Below, one piece after another: positions 13,004 through 27,700 of a DNA stretch of 64,000 bases. Source of the DNA: Styela clava (lineage: Eukaryota). The notes under the pieces are model-generated. The model ran no database searches. It was not told where the DNA came from and saw only the letters and a list, made by a program, of their open reading frames with translations. The number at the start of each line of letters is the position of its first letter. Within the stretch, counting starts at the first letter, position 1. The stretch covers positions 8,742,001 through 8,806,000 of the forward strand of contig NC_135257.1 in the NCBI RefSeq assembly GCF_964204865.1, given 5' to 3'. The position numbers and the translations under genes are program-made.

Positions 13004-14336
13004 AAGTTATTTTCCCATATCCACACTGATATATATACTCTTTCGTATGTAATTAGCTACAACGTTTTGATAGCTCGGACACAAAAAATATTGAACCTTC
13101 ATGAATGACCATGATAGAAAGTTGGGACACTCTTCACTTACACATACTTATTTTCATGAAAATATTAAACAGCTACAATATTGCTATTGCTCCTGCAGCT
13201 GCTGATTGTTGTTGAGCCGGCAGTTAATCTCTCTCCACCTGTTCTACATCTATTGTTGGTGTGTCGGGTTCTGTAGCATGCACAGCAAATTATTTTATTT
13301 ATTTATTTTTCAAATGGCTGTTTACACTCTGACATCTGCATGCGCATGTTCCCTTTTTGCTTAACGTTGGATTTTTGACATTACACATGCATGGTCTTTG
13401 TTTCTATATGGGTGGTGTGATACCTTATGAGGGTTGTAGACCGTATAGTTTAGGTTGAGGTTCTGCTGTGAAGTTGATGTGAAGGCCAACATACGAATGG
13501 TCAGTGTGGTTTGAGAGTTTCTGCATGGTTTGCGAGGAATTCACCCTGTGTCCCAAGCATATTTCAACTCTGGTCTTTGAACTAGCGTTTTATAGATAGA
13601 TAACTAATAATCAATATCTACTCGAAATAATAATTAATTCTAAACAAAAGTGTAGGGTAGTGCTGTTTCCAAATATGTAACCCTTGAATATCCTACTCGC
13701 AGATTTATTTTCTGTTTTTCAGGTCGTTCTGTGATGATCAATACAATGGCTAGTTTATTGAATATAAATGGTGTCTACAACAACAAAATTCGCAGGCTGA
13801 TGTCTCATCCACGATAAACTTGAATCTATTACGCCACAATAATTAAATGAAGAAATGATCCTGTGAAATAACAATACTAATTCCTTTATTCCTAATTCCT
13901 TTATCCTTGCAGAAGTCAATATCTAAGAATGAAAAAAAAAACCTTATAACCTTAGCAACCAACATATTCCTATACCCTGTCTTTCTACCTTAATTAAAAA
14001 TAATTACTCATACTTATAAAGTTACTGATAGATTTAAATACTTATTGCAATATGGACTACAATTTGGCAATAATAGGCTCTAGTTTGGGCAATGAAGTGG
14101 TCTAGCCCACCTCTTCATGCACCCAATTCTGGCAACTTTGGTTGGGCATTTTGGCATTTGACTTCATCTATAATCAGCTTGACAATATATTTTTTTATAA
14201 AAGTTTATCTTTACTGTTCACTCCCATTTATAAAATTGATCAATTTGGCAGTGGCAATCATGATAAATTTATTAATATGGTGTGGCAAGTAATTTTTATT
14301 TATTTATTTTTTATTAACTACCAGTATGTAATTTTT

Positions 14337-14402
14337 CTGCACACTAACACAAATGTATTTCTGTAACGTTTTTTCTGACCAAAATCAGACTTCCTCAAGA
14401 CA
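14337..14402 (-). repeat. Degenerate copy of the hammerhead-bearing (Penelope-like) repeat at 34392-34485
   Basis: The reverse complement reads TGTCTTGAGGAAGTCTGATTTTGGTCAGAAAAAACGTTACAGAAATACATTTGTGTTAGTGTGCAG, which aligns with 34404-34468. Confidence 0.85.
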
Positions 14403-17400
14403 AGTATTTTACAACAAAAAACAGCATAAGAAGTTGCATTTATTTTATAGAAGCTATCAAACGTATTTATTTTTAAGTTATGAAGTCCAACACAAAAACA
14501 CAAGTAAATCAGTTATTTCTCACTTAGAAATTTGCCGGAAAAGTCGAGAAAATTAAATGAATACACTATACAGTATGTACATAATATAGTGAACAGAAAT
14601 ATTACAATTAGACTTTTTTTCAGTTTATGTGGTTGTATATTTGAAACAAAGGCAATATTATTTATAGACACAGGACTTTCGACACTAACAGATGTCTGAA
14701 AAAACTGACAAAAAATATTTATTAGGTCAACTTCAATATCTAATTCACTTTCTCGCAAAAGCACTCTTAAAATAGCCCCGAAAATTTTGCAATGGTAAAG
14801 TATAGGAAGAATTTTTCGGGGTCAAAGGTCGAGGAAAGGTCCATTGGTCCAGTATTCGAAGAGAAAAGGAAATTTTTTAATGACAATGATGAAAAATACC
14901 AAGAACAACAACATAATATTGAAATGACCGTTATGTCCACTAACGTGTCCAGCAAGTATTGCCAAATATCAGTTCAAAATACAAATGTTTTAGGGATTGT
15001 ATACGCACGTACAAATTCAATACGCTAATAGTCGCCCATGAGTAACGTTTGAATAAGAAAGAATGTGATTTGAGTTTGAGATGAAGAAAAGGAAATAACA
15101 TTTCGTATAAACTGTTAATTTATCTTTTAACATATATATATATATATAATTCAAATAGCAAAGATGGGTGATGATAATACTCCGGTATTTGGATCGTTAT
15201 CTTCTTCTTAGATTTATATTCAGTGCATGTCACATTACTTAAACCTATCGAAGTTAAATTCAGCTTTCCCGTTCTTTGATAAATTGTTATAGTTTTAATG
15301 TTGTGATATTTACCCCGGAATATTTACGGTCAACATTTCTGTTGTTCTCATAATCACGAGTTATGATTTATTTGCAATAACAAATTACGTTAACTGAATT
15401 TCCATTTTCGCAATATTTTGTTAAAAATATCACAATGGCGCTATTTTAGATGAAGTTTATTGCACTGACAATTGACACAACAAAAAATCATAATATTAAA
15501 ACTATTAATATTCATGTAGTAGATTAAGTGGTAATTGCGATTTTTCTGGAAGTTCAAAATCCCTTAAAAGTCAATTAGCAGTAAACTCGCGTTGGTGTTT
15601 CACAATTGTGCGTCCTTTCGTCGCGTGATAACTCTGAAATAATTACAAAATTTATTTTAAATTATGCACACGAGTAGAAGACATCGCTAACTCATGGCAC
15701 ATTATTTTTGAGACACGATGATCCGTGTCATTCTTTTGGGAATAGTCGGATTTCATTTTCTTTGGATATCTTTTATTTTTATGTACTCAATTCTACATTA
15801 GTGCAATATTGTAACGTCGCAGTTGTATACGGGGACTATTCTCATAAGGTTACATATGATATGCTGCTGTACTCGTGCTGCATTTTTCATTCCCGCACGT
15901 CTTGTCATTTCAAATAAATATATAAGCAATAACTCATTTTCCTCTATATATCATGACTCATTGCAACCTGTAGCAAGCCATGACCACCTTGCAATGAGAG
16001 GTAACTAATAAATAAAAACAAAGATAAAAAATAAAATAGTTCTCGGAATGATCCTTTGTACAACGTCATACAACCGGTGAGAGCACCGTTATATTATTTT
16101 AGGAAACTCTGTAGAGGCTTATTTCCGTTTAATATAAAAGTAAATATGATATGACGTTGTAATACCGCAAAAACTTGCAGAGTATATAACTCCAATACGA
16201 TACTCGTCCTTAACTACCACGATTCATGCCATCATTTCTGTGTGTCGGCCTCGACAGCGCAGCGCTCGATCAGAAGAGAATAAAGAAACAACTACTGTAA
16301 GAAAAAGGCGTTTCGTTTTTCAGGCTCTCAGGAAATGACGTAACACTAGCGACCCTTCCCCACAACAGATCATAAATCAGTAGGCCGGAAGGCAGGGCTA
16401 CTTCAATTTTAAACGACTGATAGAATTTTACCAACGCTATAAATGATAGTGGGCTAAATTCAGAAATGTATATTAATTTCCAGTTAATTTGTTGGTATAC
16501 GTTTGAACAGGGCAAAGTCAGGCCGCTTAATTCAGTCAGTTAATTCCATATTAATAGTATGTTGTAAAATTCGTGATTTCGAAGTGCAGACAGTTTCTAA
16601 GCAATTATATATTACGCGCTCGTTAGTCACTTTCACAGCAAAATGCAATGGAAAAGATATGAAATATAGAATAGACAATCTGTATAAGAAAGTATTTGAT
16701 TTCTCATTGATGATTGGAACACCGTATGTACATAAACTTTAGGTAATGCTAGATAACGCTGCCTTGCTGTTGACATTTATTTGAATGCCATAGATTGAAA
16801 AGGTATATCACCAGAAAGTTCGAACTTCTAAAAATTGGATAAATCTGATTTGTGCCTTGTTGTAATTAATAGTGAGCTACATTCATAAATCACGCTTAAA
16901 ACTGTGTGGATCTTACAACATTTTCTTACAAGCAAAATTGACAGACGCGGGAGTGTAACATTCGTAAACATCCGCTTGATTTTAATGTTTTCTGGGTCGA
17001 CTGAGAATATCAACGTACAAACTGTGTTAAAATGAGTCAAGAGTGAACATTGGTTCTGTAGATAGAATATAATAGACGCATCAAAATAGGTTTTAGTTAT
17101 TGCTAATGACGCATCTTCATTATGGATGAATATGGTATGTAGTTAATTCGATACGTGTGGAACAAATTTCAGTTTGCGTAATATTTACTTGGCAATCGGA
17201 AAATTGACTCGCTGTTTTTCTTCAAAATCTTTGGCTCTCCAGTTGCTTATTACACTGCATATTTTCCTGTATTTAATCATAGTGAACTTATCAAGAAATC
17301 AACGGCATTTGCTTGTATTTAGGAAGTTTACAATTCTCTTTAGCATGAGTATTGTAGGTGTCATTCAGTACCAAATAACACTACTGTTCCTCAGTCGAGC

Positions 17401-20400
17401 GTTCCAAAATATTTATTTTATATGAGTAGAAGTTATGTGGAAAGAAATAGTGAAATATAGATAAATATGATGGACAGTCGCTTATGCTGGCGCGAAAGCG
17501 GGCGTTGCGAGCACCTGTTTTTGTCTATCCCAACGTTCGGGAATAAAATTTTGTCGTTTTGTGTGCTGTGGTTTGGAAACGTCGCGACAAAACAATACGT
17601 CGAGATATACCAAGGGCAGAAGGGAGGTAGAAGTTAGGAAGTAACGAATTCTTTTTTTTGTTTCGGCTGAGATCTTAGAATTTCATGCCTTCTAAGCTGT
17701 TGAGTTTGTCAATATATCGACCACAATCCCACAAGTGGTGGATGTTGAGTGTAGATGTTGAGGTATGATAGATGATAGGTTTTCTCATCATTATTAATAA
17801 TAATAAGACAACGTTTCCTTTTGCGCTTATGCAGAAGTATAGATTGTTGTTGAAATTTGAACTCCTGTGTGGTTTACCGTATCAATTGTATTAATTATCT
17901 AAATAACGAATTTAGTCGATTATATTTGTTAGCGAAATCATCATTAGTAAACTTTGTTATGTTGGTATTTGAAGAAAAATATTCAACAATTCAAACCTCA
18001 CTAAATATAGGCAATAGTACAAGCGACCAACGAGGTATTTAGTTAAATCTAGCCCATATCCTGTTCACATTTCGTGAGTTCCCGATTAAAGGATGATACT
18101 TAATGACTAAGTAGATTTATTCTCAGTCTATCACCGGTTAAAATAAAACACATTTCAAAACTTTACTCTTAAATACTTTATTTTCGTCATTCATGGGAAA
18201 CCCCTTTCAATTGTAAACTGAAGCTGAAAAATCAGGAAAAAACCTTTTACTGGTTCTTGTCAAATATTTAATTCTTGTTATATGCCACATTATTCTTTTA
18301 CGAGTATCTATTGGAAACGAAATATTACTATCTTTTTAATTTCAATAAAAAAAATAATATTAAATACGTGTCGGCGTCCCTGGCTCTGTGCATCCCGCTA
18401 TCGTACTTTATCTATCGATTATCTGATTACACACTGGAGATAATGTTATTATGTTATCTCAAACATTTTTCTCATAAAATATCATTATTTGTTTAAAAAG
18501 TGCAGTATCAAATTACCCCATTTCCACTCAAATAGGGAGTTATTTTTGTATAACAAATGTTCTCGGCGTCTCTATTCGAATTATGTAACCAGATTTTGAT
18601 ATTTACTTCAAAACTTCTTACGCAAAATATTTTATATTTTTGTTGTTTTGGGTACTTTCTGTCTCTTCCCTTTTCACAATATTCGGTATTGATTACTGGC
18701 ATTAATAAACAAATTATCTCTTTTTACCCTAACTAATCGTGTTAGTTATAATGTTTGAAGTCGGTTATAATCCAACGTCAAACTTCGCACATTTGAAAAC
18801 TTCTTTCAAACGTCACACTTTCGTTATAGCAGCCTACGTTGCCGTACGTCAACCAGCTGCGCGGCGAATTTTGTCACGCTTTCCTTGCACCGAACTACGT
18901 TAGAGTTAGTGTCAAATTGGCACCGGGCCTCGGTATGATGCGATGAAAAATGTTGTACTGTCTACGTATTCGATAACTTATTAGTAAATGACTTGCTGTA
19001 GTTATCATTTGACGTATTTTATTATTATTTTTGTTTCTGCGTGCAGCATGCCATGCTTGATTACACAGATTGGAATTTTGATCAAAATTGGTCATCGAAA
19101 AGTATTACAATAACTCGTCCAGTCTATGCATGTATCATGCCCACTGATGAGCAAATTAAAAATCACGTTAGGGAATGACGTCATGAATTGTCCAATAAAA
19201 ATAGTGGGCAATAAAAGACGGACAATTCAGTTTATGAAACCTCAGGTCGAAAGCATAGAGGTTGCATATCATCAGTGAAGTCTATTTTGTTCTTAAACGG
19301 GAATTATATAAGAGTCAAAATAGTTAGTATATGTGTCAGTTACTAAAGCAGAAAGGTTATTTGTTATAAATTAAATTAGGATAGTCAATACTGAATTATG
19401 TCATTATGATATCATAGTAGTGTATCAGTGTAGTAAGCATGCTTTTAACAAGGAGTCAATATTTTGTTTACTGTGCAATGGTTGTTAAAGTATGTCATGA
19501 CAGTTAAAATAAAAATGCCTACATCAGCTTGCTCTCCGATTGTGCGATAAATATAACAATATGTCAGTGAAGTAGTAAACATAACGTAGTGGTAAATTTA
19601 TCACAAAGTATTGGTTTCGTCATTCGAAATAAATACAAAGTAGTGTGCGGCCAGACTTGGCCAAAGTATAAATCGGTCTTGTGAGTCTGGGAAAATCGCA
19701 AATTCGCAATATTATACAATTCCATTTCCTGACTGACATAACAATTCTTTTCTTTCAATAACGCTCAATGGGGAATATTTTGTTACACACATGCCGAGTA
19801 TTTTTGGACTTGCGAGGCTTGTATTATCTACGAATACGATTAGATTGAATATAACATTTCTATGCGTTTCTACATATATTTGTACATTATCTTGATTATA
19901 ATATTCTTTGGTCCGGCAACTGTGCGAGATGATGATGCGGACTCCCATATTAAATTCGAATTTGAATACCAATAATTCAGATACTAAATGTCCATCCCAG
20001 TTTGACCTATTCCTCAGGTCGTTAAGATAATAAAGTATATCCTACTGTCTGGAATACATTGATATTGCTCTACCCGACGAAAATTGTCTTTATTGGGAAT
20101 CAGCCATGTACGGGCAATGCGTTTTCGGAATAAATACAGTATTATAACTTGATTTGGAGGTTATGACAGTTAGTTGATTATTTCGCAATTGGTTCATAGA
20201 TGAATTACATATGGATCGTATTTGCTATAATATAGCCATGTTATGCTATGCCCGGCACATCCTCGCAATTTCGCAGTAAAACATGTAATGAATCAATTGT
20301 GGATCAATTTGCATGTTGGCGTCAACACGATCGAATTGTATGGCAGCTACCGCGCTGTTCGTGTTATTTAGTGATGAAAAGGCGTGATGTAGCGCGCATT

Positions 20401-21713
20401 TAGTTTGTTTTGGCGAGTAACATATTCGATAGCGTTATGCTAGCAACAGATTCAACTGTGCAATATTAAAATAAAAAGAGAGTAATTGTAAACGACTTGT
20501 GCAGTGCATAAATGATTGACAGTTGAATATTCGTCCAATTACTGAAATTTCAGAAAGTGATGTATTGAATGAGTAGGATACGTCTTGCGTGAGAATATTA
20601 TGAGATTTTTTGCCTATTTGTCAAGCTGATGACTGATTGTTTCGCAGAAGTTTATTTATAATGAAATCTTGCTTTCAAATTTTTATTATTTATGAAAGCT
20701 CTCATTTAGAAAGAAGGATAGAAATCTGTAGAATTTTCACTTATTTCTTGCTTGCTCTCAGAGTTGTTTTTCGTGTTGCGCGAGCATTCGAATTGCCATA
20801 TGGAGAACGCTTCAGATTGCTTTCCGTTGTTTCTATTTCGGCCCAGATTGTGTGATACGTAATTTAAGTGGCGTGGTAAATTTTCTACTATCAGTTTAAT
20901 ACTTGCAACAGTATCCCGACAGCCTGTACATACGTGTCCACTATTACAAATACATAGATAAAGGAGTTAGTTGAGATTTACTCCAATCGGCCAGGCCAGT
21001 TATATTTGTAGGTGTTCCATTTTTGCAAATGTTGCCCAGGCGTATAATATTTTGGTTGCTTCTATATTTCTGAATACATCATATATTTGAGCATCGCCCA
21101 ATGATGCCAAGAGAGACATAGGCATATGCGTGACAAATCCTGAGTAATTTGCTGACTTATCTTGTGGGATAGGAGGCATATATTTTATTTCTACTAGTCT
21201 CAATATCCAAGAGACAAGCAAACTATGACGTCGAGAAATCTGATTTTATTTTTTTTTATGTTCTTTATTTTTGTAGAGACACCAGTGAGATATTTATTTA
21301 GTTTATTATACAATCACTGATTCGTTTTCGGTCGTCTGATGACGACACTGTACTGCTATTGCGTGGAATATATTATACACCAGCCAACGTGCTTATTTTA
21401 TAATAACTAAGCTTCCTACGCACAACAATAACCTATCACGCTGACTAAGTTTCTTGCTGAAGACGCGACCTACACAAGGAAGTAACCAACATCAGCGAAA
21501 CAACTAATATGCTACATTGACTGCATCACATTGAAACCGTCCAGCCATAAAAACAAAGAGTTGTTATTTCTATTCGCTTTATAAACAATGAACTTGGATT
21601 TACGCCAACGTTGACCTGTAGAAATATTGAGAATATTATTGTTGTTGGGAATATTGTATTCAGATAAAAAAGCAAGCTATTTGTGAAGGTGGATACAATT
21701 TATACCGTAAAAT

Positions 21714-24700
21714 ATGGCAGAGCCTACGGAAAAGACGATGCGAATGAGGACTTATGTGTTAAAAGAAATATTTAAAACGGAAAAAGATTACTTGGACACT
21801 CTGAAATTTTTATCTTCCGTAAGTTGTTTATGTATTTACAATTATGTATTTACAATTAAATGTGTTTTAATCTCTTTTCATATAAGACAAACTAAACGTT
21901 TGTTTATTGAAAACAGTTATATAATAATTTTATTCTCTAGAATTAATGATAACGCGGAATATATTCATTTTTGACTTAACTTTGTTCTCATGTTTTGTTT
22001 TATATTTTCGACATTCATCAATTGTTCAAACTTGACGCAATTTCTTACTCAAATATTATATCATTTGAAAATTATCGGTTTATTCATTACAAATAGGGAT
22101 GGTTTGCTCGTGACAACAAATTGATTTTCGACGAGTGTTATTTGGTAACTCAACAACAACTATCTATCGGATTATTCCCCCACCGAACTCTTTTGCAGCT
22201 TGTATTCGTATATAAATTAGGATTTAAAAAAATGTATCCATGATGATAGGAACAGTCAGAGAATGCAATCAACTTTACGTCATGTCTTCTTCTGTTCGTT
22301 TTCTTTTATCGCTTTACCAGGCACGAGCGAGGCCTGTTGAGTGAAATATAATTCGGAAGCTACTTCCGATTTTGGCACAACGTCACAGGTTGCGTCGTAT
22401 GAGGTACATACATGTGATGATTAATAATAACAATCATACTATCATTTCCAAACGTTGTCTTAATTATCTCATCTGTCGCCCACAAATTTATAATATCATA
22501 ATCAAAAATAGGAAATTTTAACTTGATTTTTAATACTGATTGGGAGGTACGGTTATCTGTAAAATTCAAATAAGAACAGTATAAGCAAATTTTTGTTGTT
22601 AAAGTCCGAATATTTCTTAAAGTTTTGAAAAGATTTTCGTTAATATAATACCAGCTTATATCAAAGCTAAAATTATGTGAATTTATTTCTTCAACTCTTC
22701 TAGGTGTTTATGGAAAGACTCCAAAGTCGCGAAGAAGATGAAAATGACAAATTAATCCCAGAAGGATCGGTTGCAACATTACTATCAAATGTCGTCGAAC
22801 TAAAACAGGTGAAAATGCTGTGTTTAGTCGTAGTCCTTGGTGTAAGACTCGTCGACGAAAATAAACACATGTTTGTAGAAAAAATTCACACACGACTGAA
22901 ACTGTTCTATTCAAATGAAAATATTCGTTAATTTATCTGCGAATCTAGCATACCAATATTGAGTGAATAATTGATAATCTTATTCAATCTGATACACAGC
23001 CATGGTATTTGGGTTTAGTCCATCTTGGTAAACCAAAAATAAATGAAAAGAGAGAACTTATTGTATTTGAATAAACTTGTTTCTGTAAATGAAGAGAAAA
23101 CTGAAGAGATCGTGATTACACCGAATGTTGAATATTTTCTATTTAGTTTCACAACGATCTATACTTATCAATGGAAGCAGCATTGCAACCGGAACCATCG
23201 TATGAACACTGCATTGGAAAATGTTTTGTGGAACACGTAAGTTGCTTCCAAAAGCGGGATTACATATTTTCTTGTAACAACTTTATCATTCACGGAAGAA
23301 AGTTGAGTTTCATCAAGTACCGGTATATGTGAATGGATGAATCGTATAGGCAATTTTATATAATACGACTTCATATCTAATGCTTGCAACACTAGTAGAA
23401 ATCGTTCTCATCGTTGATCATACGGTAGACGGCAAAGCTAATTCTAACTCTTTGGTTTGAAAGTTTGTTAAAACTTCTTGGCCTATTTTTGATTTGATAT
23501 GTTGACAGCTTCAACCAATGTTTGTGACAGTACCAGCTGTTTTTATTCCGCCGAACAAAGAATGGCGGACGTAATTCCCCCATCTTGGGAGAGAAATGTC
23601 AAATAGTGGATTGTATATGAAAATTTTTGTCAATTCTGGTAACTCCAACCTTCAAAAAAAACTTCTTCAAGATTTTTTTATTCATTCTTTTCAGAAACAA
23701 CGTTTCGAAGTCTATGCACCATATTGCACTAATCATGAAAGAGCACAGAAGAAATTGAATGAATTGACTGAAAATGCGGAATTTCAGGGATTCATATTAG
23801 TAAGTATATTTTGAAAACAAATTGAAACTTATAAATATCAACGGTAACAATTAAAACTGTTAACTGTTAAACTGTTTTCTTTTTAGGGCTGCCTCATGTT
23901 GGGAAATTATGTTAACGACGTATCAATGGAAGGTTTTTTATTGACGCCAATTCAAAGAATATGCAAATATCCACTTCTTCTCAGGGTAAGAAAATTTATT
24001 TTCGTGTGAAATTAATTTCTTTAATACCCAAAACATATTAATGATAACCGTATATTGAGAAAGTTATCATAATATTTATAAGATAATAAGCAAATAAGCA
24101 TCATTGTACCAATGGGTAAATGCCAATGACCAACTTTCTGATACATTTACAACAAGAGTTAACAAATACGAAAAAAGCACGAAGTATGGATTGATTCCAG
24201 TTTTGACAAATTAAACAATTTCGATTTGTACTTGTACAGATCTTATTCAGAGCTTAACTTCATAGGAAGTGACTATATAACTAATATATAATACAGGAAT
24301 TATCAAAGAAAACTCCACCTGAACATCCTGACTATCCTAACGTAATGGAAGCATTAGAAATTATGAAAGCTGTTTGCAGTAACGTTAATGAAACAAAACG
24401 ACAGTTGGAGCAGTTAGAAAAATTAGAAGAATTACAGAGCACAATTGCCAATTGGGAGGTATGACCTATGCATTTGCAATATCAGACGATGCATTCAAAT
24501 AGAATCGTTGAAAAGTATTGTAACACATGACAGGGTCAGACATGGGTATACTTACGTCTTTATAAAGCATGCATGAAGTGCACTTTATATCAACATAAAC
24601 ATAAAAAGGAATTACATATAAAAACATAATATTTCGAGTTTATCCTGGAGCAACTATGACTATTTTTATTCGAACTTGTCTCATGTATTTTGGTTACTAA

Positions 24701-27700
24701 TTTGACCCAAATATAGTTTGTAGAGATTAACTGGCCCTTATGGTATACAGAATAAAGAATTATGATACATTGAACGAGTTGCTTCGTCATTTGGCCATAC
24801 AATATAAATATTCTGTTAGGGAGAATTTACCAACTGGGCATTATAAACCATCATAAAATTTTCTGATTCACGTTGAAAATTATTATTCATACGCATGATT
24901 CATTGGTTGGAGTTATGATCGTGGTTGTTGATGTCATTGGAGTCTAAACTCACTTCGAATCAAATTTGATTTTACAGGGAGCCAACCTAACTGACAACTG
25001 CACAACGCTTATCAAACAAGGAGCCTTATTGAAAATATCTGCTGGAAACATTCAAGAGAGACAGTTTTTTTTATTTGATCATCTTCTAGTTTATTGCAAA
25101 AAAGCCAACACTTTACCAAGGTACGTTTATAATCCAAAGCATGCAATGGTCTATCATATCGACGTCAAGATTAGTAAGAAAAATGAAAGATTCAAATTTG
25201 TGTATTAGGAAAATCGTCAATACTATATTACAGGCTATGCTATATTCTGTTTTATATGCCAGACTGCAGTAAGGCAAAATAACAAAATTTAAGCGATGCA
25301 AACTACCATCTTCTCGTTTATAGTAAAAATTTTACGGGCGTTCGATCAGGCACAAAACAAAATAGAAAAATTTTAGTTGATCGCTAAAAATTAATGTTTG
25401 ATACTGAAATCTCAGGCCTGGATATAACAGTGAACATTATGATTTGAATTGGTAGAATCTAAAGCCAAGAGCTGTGAAACAACTGTGAAATCATAGCATT
25501 GTATCAAACATGCTCCATCACGCTTAGATAAAACGTTAATAATCTTATTCATACAAGGTGAATGTTATTACTCAGGGCACATTGCTCGCTATGTATAATA
25601 ATATACTGTAACTGGCTATGCCCTACTCGCGGCTTTTTGACCCCGTTCAATTTCCGGATAAAGGATGTATACTATATACACAGTCTATTATATTTTTGCT
25701 GTGAATAACTGATACGACTATATGAGGAGGCTACTATCAACCTTGGTACTTTTAACATGATTCTATCTTACTTGGTATGACTTAGATAATTGCAAAAACA
25801 AATTTGCAGTGACTGATATAATTCAGCGAACACATTTATTTAAAAGGACGTTTTGTTCCAGTTACTTATTCAAATGAATACGTTTGGGTTCAAAAAAGCT
25901 TTGAAAGAAATGACTAAGATTTTATATCAATTTCCATATTTCCCTATAAACTACAAGTGCTGATCTGAACAAAACATATTTTATATATTAGACTCCAAGC
26001 CGCAGAAAACAAAGACAAAACCGCAACTTTGCAAAAAAAGAAATCGAAACGAAAAAAGAACGCACAAGATCAAAAGAAATGGCTGTTCAAAGGCCGGATA
26101 TCAACAGAGTTGATGGAAATAGAAAGCGTAGAAGACGGCACATGTAAGATATTCAAATTCCATATTCCTTCTCATTCAGGAGTTCTGAGCTATTTTAAAA
26201 AGTTTTATGAGATGTTTCGCTGCAACACGATTGAACTAGGATTTGCCAAATATGAACTAACATAAGTCGAGACGTAAGCGCTGTTACATTCTCGTACCAT
26301 GTATTATTGGACGCGCATCGGAAAAACAGAAACAATCGGTTTCTAACTCTGCTGAAATATAGTCCATAACTTTGTATTGCATGACTCATGTAAGGACCTT
26401 GTTTGATTCTTTAGAATATGTATGCGTAATTTTTAAAATTTTGCATCACGTGATCCAGCGTTTAAAACGAGCATTTTGCCAACTTCTCTGAATAATTTTT
26501 ATAATTATATCAATATGCATATTATTTATAACGTTCCATATATCCAGAATTTACGATCGGTATTTTGGTTTGGTTTTATTCCTTATTTTCCCACTGATAT
26601 TTTAGTAAGTTACGGATTTCTATTTACAAAATATTTGCATCTTAGCGTATCTGAAATATTTTATACTATTCTCCTAACACAGCGGATTTCCATAGTTGTG
26701 GATACACCGTAAATAACGGATGGAAAATTCTGAACGCCGCCAAAAACAAATGGTTCGTCCTTCTTGCCAAAGACAAAGAGGAAAAGGAAGCCTGGCTAAA
26801 TGAGTTTATCATGGAACGAGAAAAGCGACGAAGTGAGTTTCTATTATCTGTTCTTCATATAGAATCCAGAGATCTATCTGGGATATATTTTTCACTATTC
26901 AAATCATCGCTCATTTACTTAACGAACGCAAGTAATTTGTTTAACTTTTCTAATACGTTCTTGTCCGCTTGCCCAATTGCTTCGTCTCACATTGTATAAA
27001 CCTCTTGGTGTGATCTATACCTATAGCAATTCGTTGATCTGTGTGTAAAAGGCATATGATTTAAATAGTGTGAAGCAAAGTTAAGTTGAAATTCGTCAAG
27101 AAAAATACCTGAAAATGCGAGTGAATACAATAATTTTTTTAAGTTTATTAAATCCCGTTTCTACCTCCGTTCTTTTCCATGTTAACATTTGGCAATGTTT
27201 ATTTACATTACACGGTTTGTTAATAAATGGGAAATACGTTCTACTTGGTTACGCTGAAAATTAGGATGTTTTGTCCCAAATGATTAGAACCCTCTATTCC
27301 ACATATGTGTTAATTTTCCAACATATGTGGTACGACACCGATTCACAAACAACATCATATAAAATGCTTAGCAGGAATTTAATTTAAAAAGTGAACCTCT
27401 GTAAAGGTTGTTCATACATATTCTTTTGTGACCAAATTTTAAGCTGACTCAATTTTGACGTGTTCGAGTCATGACTTAAAAAGAGCTTCACAACATGTGG
27501 TGCAATTTTCTCTACAATAAAATTCACTAATAGTAATGTTAAATAAATAATATCAAATACCGGTACATGCAAATGGCTCCGACTTGGCGAGATTCTACAA
27601 AACAAACCCATGCATATGTTTTAGAGGCAAAATCGTGTCATTGTTATTGATTTGTGAATATCGTATATTGATATAATATATTTCAAAGCCATTTGAGTTG

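Noticed and set aside
13731-13800. GTGATGA...CTGA C/D-like segment or orphan exon
   Set aside because: No terminal stem, no host gene and no meaningful translation.
14775-15028. 78-aa ORF and small CCCCGAAAA/TTTTCGGGG hairpin
   Set aside because: No homology recognised, and the hairpin is too short to call a pre-miRNA.
19138-19277. Minus-strand CUGAUGA followed by two stems, read as a hammerhead
   Set aside because: It has UAAAC instead of GAAAC and no correctly placed NUH; kept only as a generic structure.
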